Positions 62,162 to 64,000 of a stretch of DNA of 64,000 nucleotides are shown here, piece after piece. Origin of the DNA: Nemertoderma westbladi (Eukaryota > Animalia > Xenacoelomorpha). Numbering within the stretch: position 1 is the stretch's first letter; each line of letters begins with the position of its first letter. Below the pieces are notes generated by a model that ran no database searches, was not told the DNA's origin, and worked only from the letters and a program-made list of their open reading frames with translations. The position numbers were made by a program, and so were the translations under genes. The stretch is taken from NCBI GenBank assembly GCA_032718475.1, contig JAUCBJ010002523.1:62001-126000 (forward strand). Reading direction: 5' to 3'.

Positions 62162-63449
62162 CTCCCCCCCATGCTATCTTCCCGGTGAGAAGATAGCATC
62201 AACCACAAAGTACGCTTCAATTCCGCTGGAACTCGATCTACTATCGGGTGTGGGGTGGAGTTATTTTCTTGGAGTCGGCTTTCCAGGCCGCTCCCTATGG
62301 GTATGATAACGCTACCCAGTCTTGGTGCAACTTCCTATCTTGCACCAAGACATCTGACGTCTCGTGTCGAGCCAATTGTGGACTCTCACACAATTTTAAA
62401 AGCTCTCACTCTGCTCTAAACTTTCACTCTAACTCTCCTCTAACCCCACTCTTACTCTCTCCCCACTCCTGAATCGCACTCTAACTTCTCTCTCGCCAAC
62501 AGTTCCTCTCACTATCTCTGTGCTCCTGTACTTGTGCTATCGTGCAAGCTATCTTATCTAAATCTAACTTACTAACTACTTACTATCTTCTAACTCTCTA
62601 GCTTACTCACTACCTACTACCTAACTCTCTTACTACTTATTACTCTAACTCTATTAGCTCTAACTAACTCTCTACTAACTCTCTACTTCTACTAACTCTC
62701 TACCTCTACTAACTCTAACTCTACTAACTCCTAACTCTACTGCTACCTCTAACTCCGCTACCACCTCTATCTACGTGGCTCTTGCGGTGCCCACAACCAC
62801 TCTGCTTACTACCTCCATCTATGTGGTGGTTACGGTGTCCACAACCTCTCTATTACTACTTCCATCTACGTGGCGCTTCCGGTGCCCACAACCTCTCTAC
62901 TACTACTTTCTACGTGGCGCTTTCGGTGCCCACAACCCTTCTGCTACTCGTGGCATGTTAATATACCACACTCCCTTACCCGCCGACTTCTAACTCCCGG
63001 TACTACGTACCCTCTTACTCCCGTGGTATGTCTATACCACACTCCCTATACCCCGCCGACTTCTAACTCCCGGTACTACGTACCCTCTTACTCCCGTGGT
63101 ATGTCTATACCACACTCCCTATACCCCGCCGACTTCTAACCTAATTCGGTACTACGTACTCTCTACTCCCGTGGTATGTTTATACCACACTCCCTATACC
63201 TGCCGACTTCTAACTCTACTGTCTAACTATCTACTAATTCTATCGATCTACTAACCTGACTAACTTCTACTGACTTCTACTTACTATCTAGCTTCTATTA
63301 ACTTTCTGACTTTCTAGCTCTCTACTTACTATCTCCTACTAACTTTCTTATTTAATTATTTAATTATTTTTATTATTTAAATAATTATTTGTGCGTGGGA
63401 AGGGCATCTCGCCCTCATTCCCACCCCCCTCAGTCCAAAATGTTCAGGA
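62162..63449 (-). mobile_element. non-coding internal region of the LTR element: low-complexity CTA/ACT tracts and tandem repeats
   Basis: ~70-bp units (CCGACTTCTAACTCCCGGTACTACGTAC..) at ~62980-63215; ~45-bp units at ~62770-62950; no Pol motifs. Confidence 0.55.
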
Positions 63450-64000
63450 GTCAGTTAACTCCTGACCGGCTGCCTGTCTCACCCCCTACTGGAGAGAGAG
63501 CAGCCACCAATTCTTTGAGTCCCTTTCCTGATGACCTTTCTGGCCCAAACCCTGGGTCACCAGGAAGGCCAGATTGTGATGGGGAGAGCGATTCTGGAGT
63601 TGGAGGCTACTCTCATGTTCCACCTCGACCAACAAAGCCATTGGTGAATCTGAGGCAAGTCACAAGACTAGCCTCAGTAAACACCCTCACACTCGGGTCC
63701 CCAATGCGACAAGGTGAGCTGACTGCCTTGGCAGATAAGCTTTCTCTTAGCGCAGTGGGTGTTCAAGAGCACCGAATGCAGACTGGACAGACTGATGAGG
63801 TTCTGATTAAGGACATGGGGGGCGGTTGGCGACTCACCCTCGCGTCAGCAGATGATAGTGGCAATGGTGGAATTGGTCTATTGATGAATCCAACTGCACA
63901 TGCAGCATTGGACAAAATAGACCAAATCTCGCCGACCAAATGTTCTGGAAGACTGGCTAAGAAGTTTCCTAAGGTGGTTCTGATTGTGTGCTACTCTCCA
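63450..64000 (+). mobile_element. RTE-A copy, 5'-truncated, runs off window end
   Basis: Near-identical to 51338-51907. Confidence 0.93.

Overview
Transposon-dense, AT-rich eukaryotic DNA, most likely from an invertebrate animal judging by its RTE, CR1, RTEX/Proto2-like LINEs, piggyBac, Gypsy and Helentron-like elements. The species cannot be determined from the sequence. The only host-gene content I can support is a tandem array of four same-strand (-), intronless paralogs encoding a ~217-aa protein: signal peptide, 10-Cys domain ending in CC-x5-CN (Ly6/uPAR three-finger-like), Thr/Glu/Pro stalk and hydrophobic GPI-signal-like tail. The copies lie at 13928-14581, 25710-26363, 46648-47301 and 61047-61603. 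They arose by tandem segmental duplication and differ almost only at amino-acid-changing sites (hand count for copy 1 vs copy 2: 23 nonsynonymous, 1 synonymous), with a patchwork pattern across copies. Copy 4 is cut off from its signal peptide by an LTR retroelement and has a TTAA MITE downstream. The rest of the window is nested, mostly degenerate mobile DNA and mini/microsatellites. Family assignments are from motif recall, not database searches, and TE boundaries without a TSD are approximate.
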